Source of the DNA: Candidatus Latescibacterota bacterium
GTDB taxonomy: Bacteria > Latescibacterota > CBDEFO01
Length of the DNA: 64,000 nt
Assembly (NCBI GenBank): GCA_965248755.1
Contig: OZ252149.1
Location: forward strand, 800,001-864,000
Direction: 5' to 3'
In this document: one piece after another, positions 38,010 to 48,417 of the stretch
How positions within the stretch are numbered: the stretch's first letter is position 1
Layout of the letters: every line of letters starts with the position of its first letter
Position numbers and translations under genes: made by a program
Notes under the pieces: generated by a model
What the model was told of the DNA's origin: nothing
The model's input: the letters and a program-made list of their open reading frames with translations, nothing else
Databases searched by the model: none

Positions 38010-41000
38010 ATGTTGCCAACAAAAATCGGTATATCCTTGAGGCTAGTTTGTACGATGGCCTTTTGGGGCGCTTCTGTTTTGCTAACAGTCTCATCCATAG
38101 AAGCAACAAGCTGGATGAATACGTCGGAAGATTATCTGATTTCGGTTTCCGACTATGTGATACGCGGAAAAGCAGTGGACCAAGAGACGAAACTGGATGA
38201 GAAAGCACAAAAGGTTTATACCTATACCACCTTCGAAGTATCTGAGGAGGTAGTAGGAGTATCTTCCCGACATCCAGTGATAGTCAGAACAAGGGGGGGT
38301 CGTATTGGTGATCTAGAATATCATATACCCTAGGTGAAGCAGAACTTAGTGTCGGTGCACAATATTTCCTTTTTCTGCGGAAGGTTGTGGACAACGAGTA
38401 TGACGTCATCGGAATGAAGTTCGGCAAATTCCAAGTGATCAATGACCGGATTTTGGACAGAAATCTGTCTCGCCAGGAGTTTAGCGACAAGGTGAAGGCG
38501 AGTGCACGTGGTGAAAAAGTGCAATGGGGCACTCCATCCGGCAAAGTAGCCAAGACACTTGATAATAAGTTCACTAGGTGGATAAAGTCGTGGCTTGAAT
38601 CCGACTTGCCGATCACCTACAAGATTAATGCGGATGATGCACTTTATCCCAATGGTGACTCAATCCCATTGGATAGTCTTGAGGCTGTGACAGATCGATT
38701 CTTCGATACTTGGGAGAATGTCGGCCACTCCTATGTCTCCTTTTCGTACGGCGGTACAACTACTGCAAAAGAGGTAGATAATGATGGAATTAACGCCGTA
38801 TGTTGGTTTGATAAGGGCGATCTATCCGAAACTGCACACGTCAATTGGGTGACCAGCGGTATATACAGGATAATAGAAGTCGACATAGTATTTAATTCAT
38901 TTAGTGAACTTCCCTGGGATACTGTTGACCCACCGAGAGCAGATAAGGCAGGTACTTACGATCCCAAAGACATCCAGCATGTCGGCACTCACGAAGCAGG
39001 GCATCTCATTGGACTTTTTCACCAAAACAGCGACGCGGCTAATACAATGTATTTTAATAGTGGAGCTCGGCGGGCCATCCATTTCAGAACTCTGGAGCCG
39101 GGAGATGCTGCGGGGGCTTCATACCAATACAGGAAGGCTTACGGTACATTGTCGGGCAATACGGATTTGAAGGAATACGAGTGGAAGTCTCGAAACTTCC
39201 ATGTAAAGATGGTGGGAGATGTTACAATACCATCGGGAGTAACGTTGGACATAAGACAAGGTACGACAATCGAGGTATCTACAACGGACTCACAATCAGG
39301 AGGCGCCGACAACTCTAAGTGCGAGCTTATTGTCGATTATGGTAAGCTCAGAGCAGAAGGCTTCTCTGGCATTCAGATCGTTTTTAAATCTGCGGCTGGG
39401 GGTACGGCCAGTAATAAGTGGTACGGCATCGTCTTCAAGTCGAATGCTAACGACAGTAGCATCGTGAAGTATTGTGACATCAAGAACGCGAAATACGGTG
39501 TCTATGTCGATAATGCTGCTCCGGATATCTATAACAACACCATCACATACTCGACAGTAGGGATCAAGACCGTGGGAATGGGCAGCGGAGGTGAAATCAA
39601 GAACAACACCTTAAGCAATAACACCACTGGGCTTTCCCTTAACTCCGGTTCAGTGCCAGATGTGCATGACAATACAAGTAAGGACAACGCTAACATAGGG
39701 GTATATATGGACAGCAGTTCTCCTTCTTCGTTCTACGACAACACAATTAAAGACAACGACGGTGAAGGGGTCTACCTCTTCAGTAATGCCAGTCCCACAT
39801 TCGGGAACAACGTGATTACTAAGAGCGGTTTATGGGGGCTCCGCTTGTGGAACAATTCTGATCCGATACTCGAGGGCACGGGTACAACTGGAAGAAAAAA
39901 CGATATCTTTAACAACGGGGGCAGCGCGAAGGCAGAGATCTACTGCCAGAAGAACTCAGAACCTAAGCTTGGCCTTAGCTCTAATCCCGGTGACAATAAT
40001 ATCTACGATGATGCGGGGGGAAAAGTTATCTTCATCGACACAGGATACTCTTACGGTTCCATTAATGCAGAATTCAATTGGTGGGGGACTGATCCTCCAG
40101 ATCCCGCTGTACTCTTTTCTCCTAGTTCTGAAGTTGACTACGTGCCCTACGAAACAGAGTTAATCCCAAAACCTGTCGCGTTGGCCAGAGAAGTGTCCTT
40201 GCAAGAGGAGCGTCTGATACAAGCACTGCTGGCAGAGGAGAATCGGCAGTACGACGTTGCCGTAGGACATTACGATCAGCTTTTGCTGGAATCCTTTGAG
40301 GTGGAAATGGTAGAGCGTGCCGCCGATGGCCTTTTTCGGGCTGCACTGCATAGAGGAACAGATTTAAGCTCCGTAATCAGTCGGTTTGAAGCCCTGGCTT
40401 CGAGTCATCCGTCAGCCTCCGTGCGGCGCAAAGTGGTTGCTCTGTGGCGTCAGGCCCTGGTAGCTGATGGGCAGTACAATGCCGCTATAGCTGCGTATGA
40501 GCAGGAGATGACAGAAGCAGAGGATTTTGACGACCGGCTCTCTGCACAGAAGTCCTTGGGCGAAGTGTACATGTACTACATGAAAGACGAGACACGGGCT
40601 CGACAGTTGTTAGAACCGATATTGCGAGATTATCCGAATCACCCTGTGGCTTATGGCGCTTGGATGGTTCTTCTGGACGTAGAGGATTTGCCTCCACCGC
40701 CTGCGGGAAGAGAAGCCTCTCAACCAATCGCCTCAGCTTCAACAGCATCAGGAGCATCTTCAGACATAGGTCTGGAAACATCACCTAATCCGTTCAACCC
40801 GAGCACTACCATAAGGTTCCAGTTACCGGAGACAGTCCGGGTACAGTTGTCCATCTACAATTTGTTAGGTCAACGTGTGCAGGAGTTGTTGCCGGAGGAA
40901 TTACAGCCCGCAGGAGAGTATGCGGTAATTTGGAATGGACAAGACGAGAGTGGGCAACTAGTAGCAAGCGGGATGTATATTGTCCAATTGAATATCAATG

Positions 41001-41065
41001 AAAGGACATATACATTGGAAACCAATGAACGGACATATACACGGAAAGTCATGCTGATGCGTTAG
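38010..41065 (+). pseudogene. Secreted metzincin (matrixin-like) protease with beta-helix, TPR and FlgD-Ig/T9SS-like CTD; frameshift near 38330
   Basis: Signal peptide and prodomain (38010-38333) continue in another frame as GEAELSVGAQYFLFL into ORF 38387; HEAGHLIGLFH plus Met-turn (NTMY), PbH1 repeats, TPR, PNPFNPSTTIRF...IYNLLGQRV...WNGQDESG. Confidence 0.8.
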
Positions 41066-41091
41066 GTCGGCAGCATCATCTAACAAAGATG

Positions 41092-41125
41092 AGGGCCTCG
41101 GTTCTTAGCAGATCCGGGGCCTTTT
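41092..41125. terminator. Bidirectional terminator hairpin
   Basis: AGGGCCTCGG...CCGGGGCCTTTT between convergent genes. Confidence 0.65.
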
Positions 41126-41148
41126 CATATTCCTACATCTGCAATACA

Positions 41149-42366
41149 TCACGACATAAAGGTTTTGGCTAAGTGAAACAGAAGCTTCGGCTCTCTTATG
41201 AGCGCGGTTCTGAAGACTCTACCGACAGTTCTCTTTTTGTAGTCAATTCTGTTTAAGATATCAGCTGTTCTATTTAAGACATCGTCTCCAAGCTGCACCA
41301 CCGCCTGTTTGATCTTGTAGAAACGCCTGTTTATCTTGCCTTCTGTGTTTTCCCATTCCTCCTGGTATTCTCGTAAGCGTTCTTCACTGACATCTCCCTC
41401 AGCGACTGCCTGGGCTGCTACTCTTCCTGCTATCCTGCCGGCTTTCATCGCAGTGACGATGCCGCCACCAGTCATAGGGTTTACCTGATGAGCAGCGTCT
41501 CCTACGAGCATCAGGCCTCCCATTACTATTTTCTTCATGTTGTCTGTGCAGGGCACACCGCCGACCAGCGAGCTCAGCATCTGGGCTTCGGGATACTTTT
41601 GGGCGATGAAGCGGTCTAAATAATCAAAGGGGTGCTCCGTATCTGTGTAGTTTCCCGATATTCCGATACCGACATTGGCGACGCCGTCTGCTTTTGGAAA
41701 GACCCAGAGATAACCGCCCGGGGCCACGTTCATTCCCAGATACATTTGACAGGCATCCCTTTCAATCCTGGGGCTATAAAGAGTGTACTGGGCGCAGACC
41801 TCCATATCGCGCATTCTGGTGTTTGTCGTAAAGCCCGCTAATCTACCTATTCTGCTTTCGACTCCGTCGGCGCCAATGACTACTTTAGCTTTTATTTCGT
41901 GTTCTTCGCCTCTGAACTTTACCTTCACACCTTCTACTTTACCGTTGTCCATTATAAGGTCTGTCACAGGGGCACTAACGAGGATCTCGGCTCCAGAATC
42001 GGCTGCCATTATCGCCAAATCCCGCTCGAAGCCTTTTCTGTCCAGTACAAATCCTTCATCCTCCACGTGGACATCTACCTCTGTGCCGTTGGGCGCTACG
42101 AGCCTCAGACCATTTATGCTATTGAGCGCCCATTTAGGATCCGGGTCTATGAATTCTCGTAAGCCCGCTCCGCCGAGGCCTTCAGCGCATCGGACGGGAA
42201 CACCTATTTCTCTGTCTTTCTCCAAAACGAGGACACTGGCACCCTCAGCGGCTACGAATCTGGCAGCAACTAATCCCCCTGGTCCGCCTCCCACGACTAC
42301 GACATCGTACTGCTCTCTTTTCCCAAAAAAGTTCCTCGATACTTTTCTGGGGTCCTGTTCTTTCAA
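41149..42366 (-). CDS. Geranylgeranyl reductase family flavoprotein (archaeal DGGGPL reductase-like)
   Basis: GGGPGG, PVRCAEG, GADG, APGGYLWVFPK, GDAAHQVNPMTGGGI; TTG start overlaps the ferredoxin stop (TTGA). Confidence 0.88.
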   Translation of the reverse strand: MKEQDPRKVSRNFFGKREQYDVVVVGGGPGGLVAARFVAAEGASVLVLEKDREIGVPVRCAEGLGGAGLREFIDPDPKWALNSINGLRLVAPNGTEVDVHVEDEGFVLDRKGFERDLAIMAADSGAEILVSAPVTDLIMDNGKVEGVKVKFRGEEHEIKAKVVIGADGVESRIGRLAGFTTNTRMRDMEVCAQYTLYSPRIERDACQMYLGMNVAPGGYLWVFPKADGVANVGIGISGNYTDTEHPFDYLDRFIAQKYPEAQMLSSLVGGVPCTDNMKKIVMGGLMLVGDAAHQVNPMTGGGIVTAMKAGRIAGRVAAQAVAEGDVSEERLREYQEEWENTEGKINRRFYKIKQAVVQLGDDVLNRTADILNRIDYKKRTVGRVFRTALIREPKLLFHLAKTFMS

Positions 42367-42539
42367 CTGAACCCCTCCAATGCTTGCACCGGGCATATCT
42401 TAACGCATTTAAGACAGCTTGTGCAAGTTTCGGTTATCACTATTGCATTTGGCTCTAAATCTATTGCTGTGTCTATGTGGCACACGCCTACGCACGCGCC
42501 GCAAAGATCGCATCTGTCTTCGATCCACTCTATAGGCAA
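42363..42539 (-). CDS. 2[4Fe-4S] ferredoxin (58 aa, missed by ORF track)
   Basis: Manual translation MPIEWIEDRCDLCGACVGVCHIDTAIDLEPNAIVITETCTSCLKCVKICPVQALEGFS, two CxxCxxCxxxC motifs; GAGGAG RBS. Confidence 0.9.
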   Translation of the reverse strand: MPIEWIEDRCDLCGACVGVCHIDTAIDLEPNAIVITETCTSCLKCVKICPVQALEGFS

Positions 42540-42659
42540 TTAGGCTCTCCTCTATTATTTTTCTGAAAGTAAGTGCTGGGCCCCCTAACACTGCGTAAAC
42601 TGTCAGGGAGTGGAGGCAGCAAGGCACGAAGTGGTCTCCCCTGCGAATCGGGTTCTCTT

Positions 42660-44042
42660 CTATCTTTCAAGCTCAAGCTTGCCTATGTTATCGTCTATCT
42701 GGACCGGGTAATCTCCTGTGAAACAAGCTGTGCAGTAGTGTTGGGGAGGATTGGGTACGGACTTTAGCATACCCTCTACAGATAGGTATTTCAGGCTCTC
42801 AACTCCTAAAAGTTCTCTTATCCCTTCGACGGACATCGAGGAGGCCGTCAGTTCCTTGTGGGTCTGGAAGTCTATGCCGTAGAAGCAGGGAGATTTGATA
42901 GGCGGGCAACTTACTCTTACGTGGATCTCCTTAGCTCCAGCCCTTCGCATCATTTTGGCCAAGTGTTTCATTGTGGTGCCCCTGACTATGGAGTCCTCCA
43001 CTACTACAATCCTTTTATTTTTAAGGACGCCGCCCACGGGGTTATATTTGATTCTGGTATTGAATTGCCTTATGCTTTGACTTGGGTTGATGAAGGTCCT
43101 TCCCACGTAGTGGTTTCTGATAAGGCCGATTTCGAATCTGATGCCTGACTGTTCTGAGTACCCCAATGCGGCTGTGTTGCTGGAATCGGGGACAGAGATG
43201 ACAATGTCAGCTTCTGCGGGATGTTCTTGCGCTAATTGTCTGCCGAGCCTCCTTCTGGCCTTGTCCACATAATCGCCGAAGATTCTGCTGTCGGGTCGGG
43301 AAAAGTAGATGTACTCGAAGATGCACAAGGCGAGTCTTTCGCTGTTTAGGGCCTGCACCGAATCGACTCCGTTCTGATCTATTACAATGAGTTCACCAGG
43401 TTCGATGTCTCTTATGTATTTGGCTCCTACCATGTCAAGGGCACACGATTCGGAGGCTACGACCCAGGCGTCGTCAAGTCTCCCGAGGCAGAGCGGTCGG
43501 AAACCATACGGGTCTCGGACGGCTATGATCTTATCTCTTGTCGCGAAAAGGAGACAATAGGCTCCTCTGACACAAGACAGGGCGTCTGTGATCCCTTCAA
43601 CTATGGTTTGCTTTTTTGATTTGGCTACAAGATGGACGATGATTTCGCTGTCCATCGTGGTCTGGAACAGAGCCCCTGCGTCCTCAAGCTCTCTTCTGAC
43701 GCTTACTGTGTTAGTAAGATTTCCGTTGTGGGCAACGGCTAATTGGACATCTTTGCACTTTACCAGCAGCGGTTGGGTGTTGATCGCCACAGAAGATCCG
43801 GTGGTGGAGTACCGGTTGTGGCCTATTGCTAAGGTCCCCTTCAATCTATCGAATATGGAGTGATCTTTGAACACATCCGATACTAATCCTAGGCCCTTGT
43901 GCACATACATCCTTTCACCGTCTCCCGAGACTATCCCTGATCCTTCATCACCCCGATGCTGAAGGGCGTAGAGACCCAAATACGTTAGCTCAGCCGCCCG
44001 TTTATGCCCATATATGGCGAAGATACCACATCCTTCTTTCAT
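42660..44042 (-). CDS. purF: Amidophosphoribosyltransferase
   Basis: CGIF N-terminus, LQHRG, GHNRYST, HNGNL, FEYIYFSRPDS, VEDSIVRGTT, CTACF. Confidence 0.97.
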   Translation of the reverse strand: MKEGCGIFAIYGHKRAAELTYLGLYALQHRGDEGSGIVSGDGERMYVHKGLGLVSDVFKDHSIFDRLKGTLAIGHNRYSTTGSSVAINTQPLLVKCKDVQLAVAHNGNLTNTVSVRRELEDAGALFQTTMDSEIIVHLVAKSKKQTIVEGITDALSCVRGAYCLLFATRDKIIAVRDPYGFRPLCLGRLDDAWVVASESCALDMVGAKYIRDIEPGELIVIDQNGVDSVQALNSERLALCIFEYIYFSRPDSRIFGDYVDKARRRLGRQLAQEHPAEADIVISVPDSSNTAALGYSEQSGIRFEIGLIRNHYVGRTFINPSQSIRQFNTRIKYNPVGGVLKNKRIVVVEDSIVRGTTMKHLAKMMRRAGAKEIHVRVSCPPIKSPCFYGIDFQTHKELTASSMSVEGIRELLGVESLKYLSVEGMLKSVPNPPQHYCTACFTGDYPVQIDDNIGKLELER

Positions 44043-44256
44043 ACGTGCCTCTTGGAGACTCGCGCGCTGAAAGGAACCAACTTGAACAATTTCAGATTAT
44101 ATTATAGGAAATTTTTCCTCCAAGTGCAAGAGTAAAATAGGTTAGGAAGTTCTGTATGCTGCAGAATCTTAGAAAATAGCTTGTCTCATAAATTCATTTT
44201 ATATAGCTAAATCCGGACAAGTGCAGCCAGAAGAGCCAAATTGAAAAATTAAGGTT

Positions 44257-44715
44257 GTGCTCGACCAATTCTTTGGATTGAAAGAGGCGGGAACGGATCT
44301 CAAGACAGAGGTAGTAGAAGGAGCTACGACTTTATGATCTGGCTTATATTATCTTCGTGCAGCCTGCCGTCTTATCGGGCTCCTGTATGGACTTTGGGGC
44401 TGTGATGATAGCTGCGTGTGTATCAGGGGCACTGACTACGCTCCTCATGGGGCTTCACGCAAATTATCGGATCGTACTGGCCCTCGGCGATGGGACAGAA
44501 CTTCTACTTTGCTTTTACAGTGTGCGGAGCTACAACAGCGGGGGGCTGGGCTATTCCTGGTAGGTGGGATTGGGGGCTGTGTTTCTGGCGGGGTTTATAT
44601 CTTATTCTCTACTGAAGACAGTCTCCCACAGGCGCAAGGAGGACATTGGATTGTTCATGGGATTGTTCATGTCTTTGCTGTGCTGTTCATCTTGAGACAT
44701 ATGTTTCTCAAATAG
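44257..44715 (+). pseudogene. NCS2/AzgA-type purine permease remnant
   Basis: Frame-hopping translation gives MLDQFFGLKEAGTDLKTEVV.GATTF...AYIIFVQPAVLS...MDFGAVM...LMGL.ANY...MGQNFYFAF, then jumps to a C-terminal VFAVLFILRHMFLK; frameshifts, a stop and a large internal deletion. Confidence 0.75.
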
Positions 44716-44728
44716 TTTTTGCCGAAGT

Positions 44729-44830
44729 TTAGGGGCAGGGTAACCCTGCTCGTGTGGCAGGGCGCCGCAAGCGCTCCGTTACGGAGCATGAGGTGGAGAG
44801 AGTAGATCACGAAGTGCCCTGGCCCCTACA
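44729..44830. repeat. GTAG-type REP-like inverted repeat
   Basis: TAGGGGCAGGGTAACCCTGC...GCCCTGGCCCCTACA between convergent genes. Confidence 0.45.
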
Positions 44831-44845
44831 TCTTTGGGCTCTCTA

Positions 44846-47437
44846 CTATTTTCCCCAGACGTCCAGTATTCTGATCTTTGAGAGCGCCTCCCTCCAGAGG
44901 TCGAACTCTAATATCGCTGATACTATTACGATCACGGCTGCGATTACTAATATCGCTGCTTTGTGTCTTATATCGATTTTTCGAGATTGATCCATCAGTG
45001 AGGAATGTGAAACTTTTGTTAGCTTTACGTCCCTTTTGAGCGACAAAATTATGAGCGCTACAACGATAAAGAGAGCGGCTGTGGAGGTAATAGCTCCCGC
45101 TCTAAAGGCTTCCGATCGGTAGAAGAATTCTACGTTGTGGCGCCCCGGACTCAAATAGACCGCTCTGAATAGGTGATTGGCCGTGTATATCTTGTCTTTA
45201 CTTCCATCCACGCGGACGTTCCAGCCGGGATAGTTGGCATCGGCAAGGACCAGGAAACCGGGTTCTGTGAGATTAGCTTCTACGACGACCCTTTCGGGAG
45301 TATATTCTATGATCTCGGCAAAGGTGCTTTCCGTTTCTGCCTTCTGTCTGTTGATCGGATGATTGGGGACACCTTCTTCGATGATGACGGTTTGATCGGG
45401 TTTGAACGAGGGATCTTTGAGCTTTTTTAGTCTGTCCACTCTTTCGGGAATGACCTCAAAGTCGTAGGCGATAAATGCCCTTTCAAGGGCTCTTTTATTT
45501 TCGTATATCTTGACCTTTCCCTCGAAAACCAGTTCCAGGTCTCTCCTCCTCATTGCATCGTATGTGATGACATATTTGACGTTGGAAAGGTCTATAATGC
45601 GTTTATTTAGGGTTTGTCTGCCTGCTAAGTCCCAGTGGTGCTGAAGGTGGAGCGGGCTCCAGCCGGGGGAGAAGTTATGTAGGCCATAGAGCGTTCCGCT
45701 GTACATCCTCAGGGTTTCGTAGTAGTCGGTGTATGAACTTTTCTCGTTAGCCCAGCCCTGATGCCACTGGAAAGGGGAGTTGCTTTCGGATATGTTGCTG
45801 AATATGCGGTAAAATGTCCTATCTTGCTCGAGAAATTCGGCTGTCTGGGGTCCATGTAAATAGACCTTGGGGTTGATCGTGGCGTTGAATCCAATCCCGA
45901 AGCTGAAGAGATCCGATACTATCATAACTGGAATAAGAACTTTTAATAGCAACTCCCCTTTTGCCTTGAAGATTTTGGGAAAGCACAAAAGGACGATTCC
46001 GGAAGCCGTGACGAGGGCGAATCTTATCAGATCCTTAACGAGAGTGGAATGGAGTTTTATAAGACTATACGCGTGAGAGGAGAACAGGCGTTCGATCTGT
46101 TCTGACGATAGGAATATGAAGTCGGAATTGGCGTAGAAAAGGCAGGCTGCTATAACCATAATCCAAATGCCGACGATCAGAATTAGGCTTGTTCTGACAA
46201 TCCTGCGTTCACCTGTCCGTTCCATTCGGATCGAATCTATGAAGCTCTGCAGCCCGAGGGCTGAAAGTACAGAGATGGAAAAGGAAAAGATCACAAGGAA
46301 CCTTGCGGGCGATCTAAAGAGAGAAAACCCGGGGACATAATCGTATAAAACTCTGTAAAGGACCGTATATTTTCCGAGCGAAAGGAGCAAAGAGAGCAGG
46401 AGTAGTGCAGCAAAAAAGAGCGTCTTTTTGTCGTTGCGGAGGACAAAAGCCGATGCTGAAAGCATCAGGGGGATTATGCCTATATATCCGCAAAGCTGCA
46501 AGAAAAAGCGCGAATCTATATCCAGATGCTGCGCCCAGTAGGAGTAGTTGGAGGTGTTACCGAAGAAGTTGGGGAGGATGAAGGTTATGAGATTGCGCGG
46601 CGGGAGGGATTGAGAGGCAACCCATTCGTAGTCTCCTCCCCCACTCCTTGTGGAGTGCTGGATTAGTTCGTAGGTGGGAAGGATCTGGACGGACGATATT
46701 ATTATTCCAATTGAAAGAGTTATAAAAGAGCACAATAAAACAGTAGATAGGAAAAGGACTTTCGAGTTTGGGCTGTAAAAGCTCGTAAAGCTTTTAAAGA
46801 TGAGATAGAGTCCGGCAACAAGGATGCAGTAAAGGACTGCCTGAGGATGTCCGGCAAGGAGTTGTATTCCAAGGATAAGTCCCGAAAGTACAATATATAT
46901 GAGTTTGTTCTTCTTGAAGGCAAGTTCTATTAGCATAAGGATTAGGGGAAGCCACGCCAATACGTCTATGAAGTTTAAGGACATAAGGTGGACGGTGAGA
47001 AACCCGCAGAAGGCGAACGTTATAGCTCCCGTCAGTGCACTGGATGGATCCAGGTCAAGCGTCTTCAGGTACAGGTAAGTGAAGAGACCTGTTAAGAATA
47101 TGTGGATGATGATATTGTAGTTTATGGCGGCCCAGGTCGGAAGGAGGAGGGATAGGATCAAATTGATGGGATAGAGGACTCCCGACTGCCCTTCGGCAAA
47201 AAGGGGAAAGCCGCAGGCTATGTTGGGACACCAAAGGGGGATGCTCCACTCTTTGAGTGCACCGGAAAAATAGTGCCTGAAGGGGTAATTCTGGAACATA
47301 ACGTCCTGTATGAAGAAGGCTCCTTTGAGGAAGGCGGCTCTGGGGAAGAAGGCTATCGTGAGGAGCAATAGAACAGCTATGGGAATAAGGTCCCTGATAG
47401 GGATAAGGTCTATCTTTTTCGAGCTATTGTCTAACAT
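44846..47437 (-). CDS. YfhO-family polytopic membrane protein (GT-C-like glycosyltransferase)
   Basis: PLWCPNIACGFP, many TMs, FRSPARF, C-terminal LVLADANYPGWNVRVDG...FRAVYLSPGRH. Confidence 0.85.
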   Translation of the reverse strand: MLDNSSKKIDLIPIRDLIPIAVLLLLTIAFFPRAAFLKGAFFIQDVMFQNYPFRHYFSGALKEWSIPLWCPNIACGFPLFAEGQSGVLYPINLILSLLLPTWAAINYNIIIHIFLTGLFTYLYLKTLDLDPSSALTGAITFAFCGFLTVHLMSLNFIDVLAWLPLILMLIELAFKKNKLIYIVLSGLILGIQLLAGHPQAVLYCILVAGLYLIFKSFTSFYSPNSKVLFLSTVLLCSFITLSIGIIISSVQILPTYELIQHSTRSGGGDYEWVASQSLPPRNLITFILPNFFGNTSNYSYWAQHLDIDSRFFLQLCGYIGIIPLMLSASAFVLRNDKKTLFFAALLLLSLLLSLGKYTVLYRVLYDYVPGFSLFRSPARFLVIFSFSISVLSALGLQSFIDSIRMERTGERRIVRTSLILIVGIWIMVIAACLFYANSDFIFLSSEQIERLFSSHAYSLIKLHSTLVKDLIRFALVTASGIVLLCFPKIFKAKGELLLKVLIPVMIVSDLFSFGIGFNATINPKVYLHGPQTAEFLEQDRTFYRIFSNISESNSPFQWHQGWANEKSSYTDYYETLRMYSGTLYGLHNFSPGWSPLHLQHHWDLAGRQTLNKRIIDLSNVKYVITYDAMRRRDLELVFEGKVKIYENKRALERAFIAYDFEVIPERVDRLKKLKDPSFKPDQTVIIEEGVPNHPINRQKAETESTFAEIIEYTPERVVVEANLTEPGFLVLADANYPGWNVRVDGSKDKIYTANHLFRAVYLSPGRHNVEFFYRSEAFRAGAITSTAALFIVVALIILSLKRDVKLTKVSHSSLMDQSRKIDIRHKAAILVIAAVIVIVSAILEFDLWREALSKIRILDVWGK

Positions 47438-47489
47438 TTATTCGCTTGTCGAATGAGCCCTTTCGTTGTCTTTAAAGTACTCATACATC

Positions 47490-48263
47490 TCACACCTCTC
47501 GATAGCCGAGCCTTAAATAGAGCCGATGGGCATCGAGTTCAGGGGAGACAAAGATCGACAGATGTTCTATATTCTGGCTTGCAACATGACTTTGCACAGT
47601 AAGTATTAGACTCGTTGCGACCCCTTTCCTTCTCGCTTGGGGGATCGTTTCGACCTGGCAATTCCGAGAGACGTCATCCACCACAAAGAATCCGGTCGAT
47701 CCGACAGGCCTGTTGTCCAGATACGCGATGAATATTGAGGCATTCAGTTTTAGGTAGCATTCAATCCGGAGATCAGTTAAAGGTGGATGACCCCACGTGT
47801 CACACGCAGTTGCGATAGCTCGATAGTCGTCCCAATCACCATCGTTTGACAGCTGTCTAATCTGGATGCTGCTTGAGGCAGATAGTTGGGGCTTTTCTCG
47901 TAAGATCATACATAGCATCTCGCTGACATTGAAACCCCGCGCCGACAGGTGCGCTCCTGGGGATTCGGAGGCGTCTTTGCGATGCATTGTGACTTTCCTG
48001 AACAGACGAGGATGGGACCTATAGAGGTCTTCGAGAGCCTCGTCGAACTCTTCCAACGAACCGTTGTTCGGCATCATAGCGTCTGTGAGCAGGCAGGCGC
48101 CGTGAATGCCCAGATAGCGGTCATCAGCCACAAACGTCCCGAAGTCGGTATCGTACAGCTTCCCGGTGGATCTAAGTTCGGTGTATTCGGTGGCAGCCAG
48201 TTTATCTTCCAATGTAGCCATAGTTTTTTTCAAAAGTGCAAAAGTTTGGGTTCGCGCTGACAA
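47490..48263 (-). CDS. GNAT family N-acetyltransferase
   Basis: VETIPQARRKGVATSL motif A and AHRLYLRLGY motif B. Confidence 0.8.
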   Translation of the reverse strand: MSARTQTFALLKKTMATLEDKLAATEYTELRSTGKLYDTDFGTFVADDRYLGIHGACLLTDAMMPNNGSLEEFDEALEDLYRSHPRLFRKVTMHRKDASESPGAHLSARGFNVSEMLCMILREKPQLSASSSIQIRQLSNDGDWDDYRAIATACDTWGHPPLTDLRIECYLKLNASIFIAYLDNRPVGSTGFFVVDDVSRNCQVETIPQARRKGVATSLILTVQSHVASQNIEHLSIFVSPELDAHRLYLRLGYREV

Positions 48264-48417
48264 GTTTCTAAGGAATAATACATCAAAGTGAAACTTCGGT
48301 CAAGACATTTGTGAAGGTCTAAAAAGGGCTTGCTATATGAGGGGGAATATGTTAATATGCATGGGGAAAAGGGAAAGCTCGATAGTATCCGATAAACTTT
48401 TAGAAAGAGAGGATATA

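Noticed and set aside
38331..38333. TAG read-through or recoding
   Set aside because: The downstream domain is in a different frame, so the lesion is an indel.
42409..42627. 72-aa track ORF
   Set aside because: Wrong frame; the ferredoxin at 42363-42539 has the RBS and Cys motifs.
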